Shown here: positions 35,958-44,464 of the stretch, piece after piece | Numbering within the stretch: position 1 is the first letter of the stretch | How the letters are laid out: each line of letters starts with the position of its first letter | Source: an uncultured Alphaproteobacteria bacterium | GTDB taxonomy: Bacteria > Pseudomonadota > Alphaproteobacteria > RF32 > CAG-239 | DNA: 64,000 bases | Reading direction: 5' to 3' | Assembly (NCBI GenBank): GCA_944392155.1 | Contig: CALXVR010000004.1 | Location: 9,645 to 73,644, forward strand | Program-made: the position numbers and the translations under genes | Notes under the pieces: model-generated | Told to the model about the DNA's origin: nothing | Seen by the model: only the letters and a program-made list of their open reading frames with translations | Database searches by the model: none

Positions 35958-36734
35958 TTATTCCCCGCCTCTTAATGATTTGCGTTCGCTCAGCGGAATG
36001 AAGGATTGCAACTTTGCTTCCATTGCGATGGAAGAAGCGCCGCTTTGAAGAGCCAAAGCACCTTCAAGAATCATTTTCTTGACTTCTACTTCTTCGGCAG
36101 AGATGCGTTTGAGCTTGTTGGCAAAGGGGTGCCACATAACATATCCGGTAAAAATACCGAGCAGGGTGGCGACAAAGGCCGCGGCGATGGAGTGACCAAG
36201 CATTTCGATGTCGGATAAGTTTCCCAATGCCGCAATAAGACCGATAACGGCACCTAACACACCAAGAGTTGGTGCGTACATGCCGCCTTGAGCAAAAATG
36301 GCGGCACCGGACCGGTGACGTTCTTCCATTTGTTTAATTTCACCTTCTACCGTTTCGGCAATAAAGTCTGCCGGAAAACCGTCAGCAACCAAAATCAAAG
36401 TAGATTTGAGAAAGGGATCTTCTTGTTCATTGGCTTTCTTTTCAATGGCCATAACACCTTCGTTCTTAGCTGCTTTGGCAAGGTTGACAAACAGTTCTAA
36501 GATTTCTTGTTTTGAGGTGGTTTTGTTGCCTTTAAAAATAATTTTTAAAAGCTTTCCGAAGCGTTTAATATCTTTCATCGGAAACGCATTTAACAAGGCA
36601 GCAAATGTTCCGGCAAAAATAATCAAGAATGCTGCAGGATTGATTAAGGCGTGCGGGTCTGCGCCTTTTAGGTACATGCCGTAGCCAACAGCAAATAAAC
36701 CCAACAACATTCCGTAAGTGGTACTTTTTTCCAT
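35958..36734 (-). CDS. motA: Flagellar motor stator protein MotA
   Basis: Start at ATG 36734 (AAGGAAAG RBS; the track ORF extends to 36821). 4-TM MotA/TolQ/ExbB fold with AAIFAQGGMYAPTLGVLGAVIGLI. Its stop is 1 nt from the motB start. Confidence 0.88.
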   Translation of the reverse strand: MEKSTTYGMLLGLFAVGYGMYLKGADPHALINPAAFLIIFAGTFAALLNAFPMKDIKRFGKLLKIIFKGNKTTSKQEILELFVNLAKAAKNEGVMAIEKKANEQEDPFLKSTLILVADGFPADFIAETVEGEIKQMEERHRSGAAIFAQGGMYAPTLGVLGAVIGLIAALGNLSDIEMLGHSIAAAFVATLLGIFTGYVMWHPFANKLKRISAEEVEVKKMILEGALALQSGASSIAMEAKLQSFIPLSERKSLRGGE

Positions 36735-36823
36735 TGAAATTCTTTCCTTAAAGTGAATTATTTTTTTATTTTTATAAACAAAATCATTTAATTTAGGGTT
36801 AATGATAAGACGTTGATGCATAT

Positions 36824-36849
36824 AAAAAACCGCCGATGCGGCGGTTTTT
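36824..36849 (-). terminator. Rho-independent terminator after the BOF-family gene
   Basis: AAAAAACCGCCG-ATG-CGGCGGTTTTT, symmetric with T-runs on both strands. Confidence 0.75.
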
Positions 36850-36854
36850 GTCGG

Positions 36855-37232
36855 TTATTTTGTGGTGATGTAGGTGATGCTTTCGACTTCAATGTCTGTT
36901 GGTTTGCGCCAATGTTTATCTACTTTACCGCGGATTTCTACAATATCTTCAGGGCTGACGCTTAGTCCGTTCCAATCATCGTCGTCAATTTCAACAACGA
37001 TGCTGCCGGTTTTGTCTTCAAACAAATATTTTTCTTTACCGACCATTTGTTTAATGCTGCCTTTCAAGACAACAAAACTTTCATCTTTTAAATTTTGTGC
37101 TTCGGCAACGGTTACGGATGCAGATGGCGCCGTAGGACCATAAAAACCTCCGCTTTGCGGTTTAGCAAAAGTGTGTGTGCTGAAAATTAAAGCTGATGTT
37201 AAAATTGATAAGCTAAGCAGTTTTTTATTCAT
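36855..37232 (-). CDS. YgiW/YdeI-family periplasmic OB-fold (BOF) protein
   Basis: Start at ATG 37232 (AAAGGAGAA RBS; the long track extension to 37496 has no support). Signal peptide MNKKLLSLSILTSALIFSTHTFA, then TVAEAQNLKDESFVVLKGSI...YLFEDKTGSIVVEIDDDDW. Confidence 0.8.
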   Translation of the reverse strand: MNKKLLSLSILTSALIFSTHTFAKPQSGGFYGPTAPSASVTVAEAQNLKDESFVVLKGSIKQMVGKEKYLFEDKTGSIVVEIDDDDWNGLSVSPEDIVEIRGKVDKHWRKPTDIEVESITYITTK

Positions 37233-37396
37233 GATTTTCTCCTTTGCTGATGTTGTTGTTTTGAGGCTAGAAGAAAAATGTTTATTTGGCAAGTGGGTTT
37301 TTGGAAATGTAAAAAAATCTGTTTTGTTATTTGCTTTTGTAGAATATAAACTATATATTGATGTAGAACGAAGAGTAGTAATTAAAGGACATGTAG

Positions 37397-38293
37397 ATGA
37401 CTGACAGTAAAAAGATTTTGGCATTTGATATCGGCGGAACGAAAATTGCTTATTCATTAATTGATGAAAAGGGTTGTCTTTGCAGTGAGGTGACAAAAAT
37501 CAGTACGCCTCGCGATAGTGCTGAAATTTTGGCAACATTAAAAAGAGTTGTCTCTGGTTTTGAAGACCAGATTGAGGCTGTAGCTGTGGCCACTGCCGGT
37601 GAAGTCAGCAAAGATAATGACAGGATTATTGCATCAGTCGGAAATATGCCTAAAAATTATATGAATACGCCTTTTGCAGAACTTTCTTCCAAGCCTGTGG
37701 TGGTTGAAAATGATGCTAATGCGGCTATGTGGGCTGAATATAAACTCGGTGCGGCTAAAGGTATGCATGATGCAATGTTGGTTGCAATCGGTACCGGTGT
37801 CGGTATCAGTTTTATTGTGAACGGGCAGCTGCTTAAGGGAAAGTCCGGTGCTGCGGGCGAGGCGCATTTTAAGGTGGCCAGAGGAAATAAGCGTCGGTGT
37901 GGTTGTGGTGCATATGACTGTTATGAGATTTATGCTTCCGGCACGGCTTTAGGAATCGATGCGAAAGAGGCTTATAAAGATGACACCGTTACGAGCCATG
38001 ATGTTATCAGAGGGATGAAAGAAAATAATCCGTTAGCCATAAAAGTTTTTAATGAATGGGAGCAAGATGTGGTTAACGGAATTATCGGGTTAGTTAATAT
38101 CTTTGATCCGGAAATTGTTTTGTTATTTGGTTCTTTAACGGAATTCATGAATTATGACAAATTGGAGAAGATGGTTAATAAGGATATTTTAGCCAGACCG
38201 ATTAAGCTCAGACGAGCTACTTTTGAAAATAATGCCGCTATGATTGGGGCTGCGTTAATTGCTGCTGAAAAAATTAAGAAGGAAAAGAAATAA
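37397..38293 (+). CDS. ROK-family sugar kinase
   Basis: 298 aa. ILAFDIGGTKIAYSL, ENDANAAMWAE, and the Zn motif CGCGAYDCYE. Confidence 0.85.
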   Translation: MTDSKKILAFDIGGTKIAYSLIDEKGCLCSEVTKISTPRDSAEILATLKRVVSGFEDQIEAVAVATAGEVSKDNDRIIASVGNMPKNYMNTPFAELSSKPVVVENDANAAMWAEYKLGAAKGMHDAMLVAIGTGVGISFIVNGQLLKGKSGAAGEAHFKVARGNKRRCGCGAYDCYEIYASGTALGIDAKEAYKDDTVTSHDVIRGMKENNPLAIKVFNEWEQDVVNGIIGLVNIFDPEIVLLFGSLTEFMNYDKLEKMVNKDILARPIKLRRATFENNAAMIGAALIAAEKIKKEKK

Positions 38294-38580
38294 TGAACGG
38301 ACTTATGGCTCTTTTGATGAGAATCGGTACTATGGCTTTTGGTTTGGGGGCTGTGCTGTTGTTGTTTTATACGGCGGCTCTTTTGTTGCCGTTTGTTTTG
38401 TTAATGTTTGCGGTCTTGTTTGCTATAGGATGGTATCGGCAATATAAAATCAGAAAGCAGTTTGAGAATCTTCGCAGCTTTGTTGAAAATGCGGAAGATT
38501 CAACAATGGAAGAGGGAAGAGCTTCTAAAATTATTGATGCAGAATTTGAAATTGTTGATGCTAATGGATTGAAAAAATAA
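38293..38580 (+). CDS. Small membrane protein
   Basis: 95 aa with 2 hydrophobic segments. Its ATG overlaps the ROK stop (TAATG). Confidence 0.55.
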   Translation: MNGLMALLMRIGTMAFGLGAVLLLFYTAALLLPFVLLMFAVLFAIGWYRQYKIRKQFENLRSFVENAEDSTMEEGRASKIIDAEFEIVDANGLKK

Positions 38581-38618
38581 TAATATTTCTTTTATGAGGA
38601 AAAGTTATAAAATAATTG

Positions 38619-38647
38619 TTGACAAGAGGCGGTAGAAAGTTTATTAA
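38619..38647 (+). promoter_or_regulatory. Candidate sigma70-type promoter for tRNA-Met
   Basis: TTGACA (38619-38624), a 17-nt spacer, then TATTAA (38642-38647), 17 nt upstream of the tRNA 5' end. Confidence 0.5.
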
Positions 38648-38664
38648 ATACACGACTTTCCAAT

Positions 38665-38741
38665 GGCGGGGTAGCTCAGTTGGTTAGAGCAGCGGAATCA
38701 TAATCCGCGTGTCGACGGTTCGAATCCGCCCCTCGCTACCA
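38665..38741 (+). tRNA. tRNA-Met (anticodon CAT; elongator type, or tRNA-Ile2 if lysidine-modified)
   Basis: Hand-folded 77-nt cloverleaf: GGCGGGG TA GCTC AGTTGGTTA GAGC A GCGGA ATCATAA TCCGC GTGTC GACGG TTCGAAT CCGCC CCTCGCT A CCA. It has two G.U pairs in the acceptor stem and one A.C mismatch in the T stem. Confidence 0.85.
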
Positions 38742-38743
38742 AT

Positions 38744-38775
38744 AAAAAAAACCACTCAAAAGAGTGGTTTTTTTT
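38744..38775. terminator. Terminator hairpin after tRNA-Met
   Basis: A8-CCACTC-AAAA-GAGTGG-T8. Confidence 0.8.
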
Positions 38776-38922
38776 ATTGGTAATAAAGACAGGGATTCGA
38801 ACCGGAGACGGCGTGAGCCGATAGAAAAGCTCCGGTGGAGCTTTTCGTTGCGAACGGTGCAGCTTTGTTGATTTGCGAGAAGCGGCAGCGCAACGAAGCA
38901 AATGTTACAAAGCAAACTCGGG

Positions 38923-38975
38923 GAATCCGCCCCTCGCTACCAATAAAAAAACCACTCAAAAGAGTGGTTTTTTTT
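38923..38975 (+). repeat. Direct duplication of the tRNA-Met 3' end plus terminator
   Basis: GAATCCGCCCCTCGCTACCAATAAAAAAACCACTCAAAAGAGTGGTTTTTTTT repeats 38722-38775 with one A fewer in the A-run. Confidence 0.85.
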
Positions 38976-39016
38976 GTAACCAACTTTGAAAAAAAAAGCC
39001 TCCGAAGAGGCTTAAA

Positions 39017-39379
39017 TTATTTTAAAAACGGTTTGATGTAATTTTGGAACTTTTGTTCATATCTGGGGCTCCAGCCCATAATATAGTTGTCACCTATGCA
39101 AAATAGCGGAACGCCCAGACCTTGCTTAATTTTAAATTTTTTGGCGCATTGTCTGAGTAGCTGTTGTCCTTGAGGTGTGGCGACATTGAGCTTTATGATA
39201 TTTAAGTCTGGGTATTTTTTGTTTAAAAATGTCTGTGCGTCGTGGCAATGCGGACAACCATTTGAGTAAAACATGTAAGCCTTATCGGGAACAATTTCGG
39301 TTAGTTCTTTAGGGGTGTTATCGCAGCCTGAAGTTATAAAAAATGCGGCAAAAGCTAAAAAAATCGGTAGTTTTTTCAT
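39017..39379 (-). CDS. Thioredoxin-fold (glutaredoxin-like) lipoprotein
   Basis: 120 aa. Lipobox FFITSGC after the signal peptide, and redox motif CPHC. Confidence 0.7.
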   Translation of the reverse strand: MKKLPIFLAFAAFFITSGCDNTPKELTEIVPDKAYMFYSNGCPHCHDAQTFLNKKYPDLNIIKLNVATPQGQQLLRQCAKKFKIKQGLGVPLFCIGDNYIMGWSPRYEQKFQNYIKPFLK

Positions 39380-39463
39380 TTTTTTTCCTTGTTTAAGAAA
39401 TTTTTTTAGTTAGGTTGAATGAAGATTGTGTTTGTGTCAAGACAAATTGGGAGTTGTGGAAAG

Positions 39464-40057
39464 ATGGATTATCTTAAAATTGCCAAAGAAAACCAACAAA
39501 AAGCAAAAAAGATTGTTGCCGAATCCGGGGTGGAAGAGATTTGGCAAAAATATGGGGCAAAAGTTAATCTGGTCGGTTCTTTGGCTATGGGACTTTTGAT
39601 GAAGCATAAAGATATTGATTTTCATATTTATACTGATGATATGGATGTGGCTAAGAGTTTTTCCGCGGTTGCAGAGTTTGCCCAATCTCCAAAAGTTAAA
39701 AAAATTGAATTTGCAAATTTGCTGGATACGGAAGATGCTTGTTTGGAATGGCATGCGTGGTATGAGTATTCAGCTAAAGATGTGTGGCAGATTGATATGA
39801 TTCATATTCGCAAAGCTTCAAAATATGACGGGTATTTTGAGAAAGTGGCGGAATGTATTAAAAATATGATGACGGAAGAACAGAAGAAAATAATTCTACG
39901 CTTAAAATATGAAACGCCCGATGAAATTAAAATTCCCGGTATCCAATATTATAAGGCAGTAATAAAACATCATATCCACAATTATGCGGATTTTGAAAAG
40001 TGGTGTATTTATAATCCTTTGTCAGGTATTGAAGTATGGCCGCTTGAGACCGATTAA
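39464..40057 (+). CDS. Nucleotidyltransferase-fold protein (DUF4269-like, tentative)
   Basis: Start taken at ATG 39464; ATG 39419 is also possible. VGSLAMGLLMKHKDIDFHIY fits the GS...D.D minimal nucleotidyltransferase motif. Confidence 0.55.
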   Translation: MDYLKIAKENQQKAKKIVAESGVEEIWQKYGAKVNLVGSLAMGLLMKHKDIDFHIYTDDMDVAKSFSAVAEFAQSPKVKKIEFANLLDTEDACLEWHAWYEYSAKDVWQIDMIHIRKASKYDGYFEKVAECIKNMMTEEQKKIILRLKYETPDEIKIPGIQYYKAVIKHHIHNYADFEKWCIYNPLSGIEVWPLETD

Positions 40058-42420
40058 TCCACCTTTTCAAGGTAAGAACTCATAATCTTTTTGCGGCCGT
40101 GTTTGTCAAAGTTTACTTCCATACAGTTTTCTTCGGCGGCGATGATTTTGCCATAGCCGAAAGTTTGGTGATATACTTTTGTGCCGATTAACCGCCGGTC
40201 ATCATATATACCATAAGAATCGCTGCCGGTACTGCTATAATCAGAAAAGCCATAGTCGTTTCCTTTCTTTGTTTTGTTTGTGTTCCATGAGTTATAAGTG
40301 TTCTTTTTATAATAATTGTTGTTATATGACCGATAGTTGCCATTGTCGTTTTGTTGACGTGTTGCTCCATAGTCATTATAACCGCCACCGTAAAATTTAG
40401 CGGCGTTGTTGCAAATTTCAATATTCTCGGGTGGAAGTTCATTGATAAAGCGAGAGGGAATATTGTTTTGCCATTGTCCATATACACGGCGGTTGAGTGC
40501 CGTCATGATATATAATTGTTTGCGGGCGCGGGTGATGGCAACATAAGCCAAACGGCGCTCTTCCTCCAGGGCTTCCGAACCGCCTTCGTCCAAAGCTCTT
40601 TGGTGCGGAAACAGACCTTCTTCCCAGCCGGGGAGGAAAACAATGTCGAACTCCAGACCTTTGGCTGAGTGTAAGGTGATGAGCATAACTTTGTTGGTGT
40701 CTAAGGCATCATCATTATCCATTACCAAGCTGACGTGTTCCAAAAATTCTGATAAATTTGGGTATTTTTCCGTGTCAGACATAACCGAAATTAATTCTTT
40801 TAAGTTTTCTATGCGTCCGGGGGCTTCGGCTGATTTGTCGTTTTTCAGCATTTCAAAATAGCCTGAATCTTCCAAAACCTGAGAAGCTAATTCATCGGGT
40901 GTGACGGCGTTCATTGTTTTGCGCCATTGTTCAAAGTTAGCAATCAGATCAGCAAGCGCGGTTTTTGCTTTGCCGCTGAACTGATTCTCAGCAAGCATTT
41001 TTTCAACAGCCATATACATGGATATTTGGTTGAAGCGGGCTTCCTGCTGGATTTTTTCAATACTCTTGGCTCCAATACCTCGGGCTGGCTTATTGATGAT
41101 GCGTTCAAAGGCCAAATCATCATGTGGTTGCAAAATGACTCTGAAATAAGCTAAAGCGTCGCGAATCTCGGCTCGTTCATAGAACTTCGGACCGCCGATG
41201 ACTTGGTAAGGAATTGCTTCGGCAATAAACTTTTCTTCAAACTCGCGGGTTTGAAAGGCGGTACGAACCAAAACAGCCATATCCGAATATTGTGCTCCTT
41301 GGCGCAAGTGATAATCTATTTGGTCAATGACGTAGCGGGCTTCATCTTCGCCGTTGTAATTGCTGACGACTTTTATTTTGGTGTTGTCGCAATATTTGGC
41401 CGGAGAATTTTCTGCAACTTTTAAGGTTTTGCCCAATCTGCCGTCGTTGTGGCTGATGAGGCAAGATGCTGCCGCCAAAATATTGGCGGTTGAACGATAA
41501 TTGCGCTCCAGACGAATCGTTTTGGCGTCCGTAAAGTCTTTTTCGAATCTTAAAATATTTTCAATCTCGGCGCCGCGCCATGAATAAATGGATTGGTCAT
41601 CATCGCCGACACAACACAAGTTGCGGCTTTTTTGACTGAGAAGGCGCAGCAAAAGATATTGGGTGACGTTGGTGTCTTGATACTCATCAACCATAATATA
41701 TTTGAACTTGGCTTGATATTTTTCCAAAACATCTTGGTTGGAGAGCAAAATATTCAGGGCATAAAGCAATATATCGCCAAAGTCTACACAGTTTAGCTCA
41801 AGCAGGCGTTCCTGATATTTTTTATATAAATGTGTTACGATGGTTTCTTTAAACTCGTTTTGGATTTTATCAATGGTTAAGCCTTTATCTTTCCAACGGC
41901 TGATTTTATCCAGTACAGATTGCGGCGGATATTTTTTTTCATCAATGCCTTCGGCTTCCAAGATTTGTTTGATGACGCGTTTTTGGTCATCTTCCGAGAG
42001 AATCGTGAAATTTGAGTGCAAGCCGACAAGCTCCGCATGGTTGCGTAAGATTTTGACGCAGATGCTGTGAAATGTGCCGAGCCAGACAGAGCTAGCCACA
42101 TCACCAATCATCTTTTCAACACGCTCTTTCATCTCGCGGGCAGCGCGGTTGGTGAAGGTTACGACCAGACAGTTCCACGGTTGGGCTTTGCCCATTGCTA
42201 AAATGTAGGCCAGACGCGTGGTTAAAACTTTTGTTTTTCCCGTGCCGGCACCGGATAAGACCAGAAGAGGACCTTCCGTTGTGGTTACGGCTTGTTTTTG
42301 TTCGGGGTTCAGCTGCTCAAGCCACGCGTAGCCAGGCATTAAGGCTTGAGTGTTGTTATATATGGGAGCTTGAGAGGCGTTCGAAGCCGCAGTTTCGTCT
42401 AGGTCAAATATATTATCCAT
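40054..42420 (-). CDS. uvrD: UvrD/PcrA/Rep-family ATP-dependent DNA helicase with N/Y-rich linker and C-terminal Tudor-like domain
   Basis: 788 aa. GAGTGKT Walker A, MVDEYQDTN, YRST, and VTLHSAKGLEFD-like ITLHSAKGLEFDIVF. Tail: GGGYNDYG...NNNYYKKNTYNSWN, then GTKVYHQTFGYGKII. Confidence 0.9.
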   Translation of the reverse strand: MDNIFDLDETAASNASQAPIYNNTQALMPGYAWLEQLNPEQKQAVTTTEGPLLVLSGAGTGKTKVLTTRLAYILAMGKAQPWNCLVVTFTNRAAREMKERVEKMIGDVASSVWLGTFHSICVKILRNHAELVGLHSNFTILSEDDQKRVIKQILEAEGIDEKKYPPQSVLDKISRWKDKGLTIDKIQNEFKETIVTHLYKKYQERLLELNCVDFGDILLYALNILLSNQDVLEKYQAKFKYIMVDEYQDTNVTQYLLLRLLSQKSRNLCCVGDDDQSIYSWRGAEIENILRFEKDFTDAKTIRLERNYRSTANILAAASCLISHNDGRLGKTLKVAENSPAKYCDNTKIKVVSNYNGEDEARYVIDQIDYHLRQGAQYSDMAVLVRTAFQTREFEEKFIAEAIPYQVIGGPKFYERAEIRDALAYFRVILQPHDDLAFERIINKPARGIGAKSIEKIQQEARFNQISMYMAVEKMLAENQFSGKAKTALADLIANFEQWRKTMNAVTPDELASQVLEDSGYFEMLKNDKSAEAPGRIENLKELISVMSDTEKYPNLSEFLEHVSLVMDNDDALDTNKVMLITLHSAKGLEFDIVFLPGWEEGLFPHQRALDEGGSEALEEERRLAYVAITRARKQLYIMTALNRRVYGQWQNNIPSRFINELPPENIEICNNAAKFYGGGYNDYGATRQQNDNGNYRSYNNNYYKKNTYNSWNTNKTKKGNDYGFSDYSSTGSDSYGIYDDRRLIGTKVYHQTFGYGKIIAAEENCMEVNFDKHGRKKIMSSYLEKVD

Positions 42421-42496
42421 TTTTATTACTTCTTGTTTTTTTGCTTGTTACGAAATATATATAATAATATTAAACGAATTAAAAGGAGTTTTTATT

Positions 42497-43438
42497 ATGC
42501 CGAGAACAAGTCAGGGAAAATATGTTACTCAAGCGTCTCAAGTTTTTCAGGAAGGGGATAATTTCTGGCATGCCGGCAAATATGATGAAGCACGCTCCTG
42601 TTATGAAAAATCTGCCGGTCTTTATGATGAAAAAAACGATGTGGAGGGCGAGGCTTTTGCTTTGTCCAGACTCGGCGAATTGGAGCTCAGTCTTGAAAAT
42701 TATGAAGCTTCGGCCAAAGCATTAAATGCTTCCATAGAGTTGGTCAAAAATTTTATAGATGGTCAGAATACTTATGGTGATGCGCTTATCAAGCTTTCTA
42801 AAGTGCATCTGGCAGAGGGGAATACATCAGACGCTATAGCTATTATTCGTCGGGCCGAGGAAGTTTTGAGCGCGATTGATAACCGTGATTTGCTCGGTGA
42901 TGCTTATGATCATGAAGCTTATATTTATCTTATGCTTAACCGCGAAAATGATGCTTTGCAAGCTTATAGAAAAGCAGCTGATTTGTTTGAGCAAGATCGC
43001 AACTCGCTCAAAGAAGCTTCAACTTTGCGTGCGATTGCAAGAATCGAAATGAAAAATAAGAACTATGACGTGGCGCATGATTTGTTGGAAAAATGTCGCA
43101 ATCTTTATCGCGAAAACGGCGACTTGCTCGGTGAAGCAAGCGCATTGTCGGCAATCGGTTGCTTGCGTTATATTATCAGAGATATTGCCAATGCGCGTAA
43201 GGCGTTGATGAAATCCGTTTATCTGTATGGCAAAGTTTCGCACCATTTTGCCGAGGCGGAATCGTTGCTTTATTTGGCAAGGGTTGAGGCTTATGATCGT
43301 GAACAAGGCGACTTTGACCGTGCACGCGCCCATTATAAACGCTCTATTGAGTTGTTTGACTTCTTGGGCAACGAAGATATGAAAAAAGCGGTTTTGGACG
43401 AGTATTATAATTTTTTGAATCGGATTATGGCTAATTAA
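42497..43438 (+). CDS. TPR-repeat protein
   Basis: 313 aa with repeated 34-aa-type units containing A..Y.KA..L and GEA/GDA motifs. Confidence 0.7.
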   Translation: MPRTSQGKYVTQASQVFQEGDNFWHAGKYDEARSCYEKSAGLYDEKNDVEGEAFALSRLGELELSLENYEASAKALNASIELVKNFIDGQNTYGDALIKLSKVHLAEGNTSDAIAIIRRAEEVLSAIDNRDLLGDAYDHEAYIYLMLNRENDALQAYRKAADLFEQDRNSLKEASTLRAIARIEMKNKNYDVAHDLLEKCRNLYRENGDLLGEASALSAIGCLRYIIRDIANARKALMKSVYLYGKVSHHFAEAESLLYLARVEAYDREQGDFDRARAHYKRSIELFDFLGNEDMKKAVLDEYYNFLNRIMAN

Positions 43439-43456
43439 CGGAAGGGATGAAAGTAA

Positions 43457-44434
43457 ATGTCTGAACTCAGAGAAAAGCTGATTTCGCTTAAGAATTTTAT
43501 GGAAACAAAAATTATCGGCCAAGAAGATTTGGTTAAGAAACTTCTGATTACGCTCTTGGCTGACGGGCATGCTTTGGTGGAAGGTGCTCCGGGGTTAGCC
43601 AAAACAAAAGCTATTAAGACTTTGGCTAGCTGCGTGAAGGCGCAATATAATCGTATTCAGTTTACGCCGGATTTGTTGCCGTCTGATATTACGGGAAGTG
43701 AAATATATGTGGCGGCAACCGGAAATTTTGAATTTCGTAAAGGTCCGATTTTTGCAAACTTGGTCTTGGCAGATGAAATTAACCGTGCGCCGGCAAAGGT
43801 ACAGTCCGCTTTGTTGGAGGCGATGGCCGAGCGGCAAGTCAGTATGGGCGGCAAACGCTATGCTCTTCCGGAGCTATTTATGGTTATGGCAACGCAGAAC
43901 CCGATTGAGCATGAAGGAACGTATAACTTGCCGGAAGCGCAGTTGGACCGCTTTTTGATGTATGTTAAAATAAATCAGCCGGATGCAGCTGCCGAGAAAA
44001 AAATTCTGCGTTTGGTGCGTGGCGAAGACGGTTGCGCCAATGACGGGGCTGAGCAGGCAAAAACTTTTGCCGCTTTGGAAGTGGCTGATATTTTGGCTGC
44101 ACGGAAAGAGGTTTTGCAAGTGCATATGAGTGAGGCTATTGAGGAATATTTGGTGCAGCTGATTATGGCAACCAGACAGCCGGATAAATATGATGCCAAG
44201 CTGGCCGGTCTTGTTCAGTTCGGTGCCAGTCCGCGTGCAACAATCGCCTTGGATAAATGTGCGAAAATAAATGCATGGTTGAATAATCGGGATTTTGTTA
44301 CGCCGGAAGATATTCATGCCGTGGTTTATGACGTGTTGCGGCACCGTATCATCCTGACCTTTGAGGCTCAGGCTGAAGGGGTTACGACCGATGATATCAT
44401 TGCAACTTTGCTTCGGACTGTTCCGCTGCCTTAA
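43457..44434 (+). CDS. MoxR-family AAA+ ATPase
   Basis: 325 aa. Walker A EGAPGLAKT, Walker B LADEINRAPAKVQSALLEAMAERQV, and ATQNPIE. Confidence 0.9.
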   Translation: MSELREKLISLKNFMETKIIGQEDLVKKLLITLLADGHALVEGAPGLAKTKAIKTLASCVKAQYNRIQFTPDLLPSDITGSEIYVAATGNFEFRKGPIFANLVLADEINRAPAKVQSALLEAMAERQVSMGGKRYALPELFMVMATQNPIEHEGTYNLPEAQLDRFLMYVKINQPDAAAEKKILRLVRGEDGCANDGAEQAKTFAALEVADILAARKEVLQVHMSEAIEEYLVQLIMATRQPDKYDAKLAGLVQFGASPRATIALDKCAKINAWLNNRDFVTPEDIHAVVYDVLRHRIILTFEAQAEGVTTDDIIATLLRTVPLP

Positions 44435-44464
44435 GGTTAGAAAATTTTAAGAAAGCGAGTCCGT

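Noticed and set aside
35294-36734. MotA/MotB pair as a Zorya (ZorA/ZorB) defence system
   Set aside because: Both proteins have the normal flagellar stator size (258 and 220 aa). There is no long ZorA-type tail and no adjacent ZorC/ZorD-like genes. FlgE in the window supports genuine motility.
36855-37496. N-terminal extensions offered by the ORF track, for example 36855-37496, 35958-36821, 52175-52783, 24016-24966, 31432-32496, 32435-33352, 10426-11508 and 22590-23951
   Set aside because: In every case an internal ATG preceded by a Shine-Dalgarno sequence starts exactly at the conserved N-terminus or signal peptide of the family. The upstream extension is unconserved-looking sequence or starts at TTG.
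38776-38930. Minus-strand tRNA or the acceptor piece of a two-piece (permuted) tmRNA, suggested by ...GGTTCGAATCCCTGTCTTTATTACCA on the minus strand
   Set aside because: The bases flanking the T-loop-like sequence cannot form a T stem (TCCGG versus CCCTG). No acceptor 5' strand or tag-coding piece is found, and the minus strand runs straight into a terminator and the antisense of tRNA-Met. I treat it as part of the insert described in the findings.
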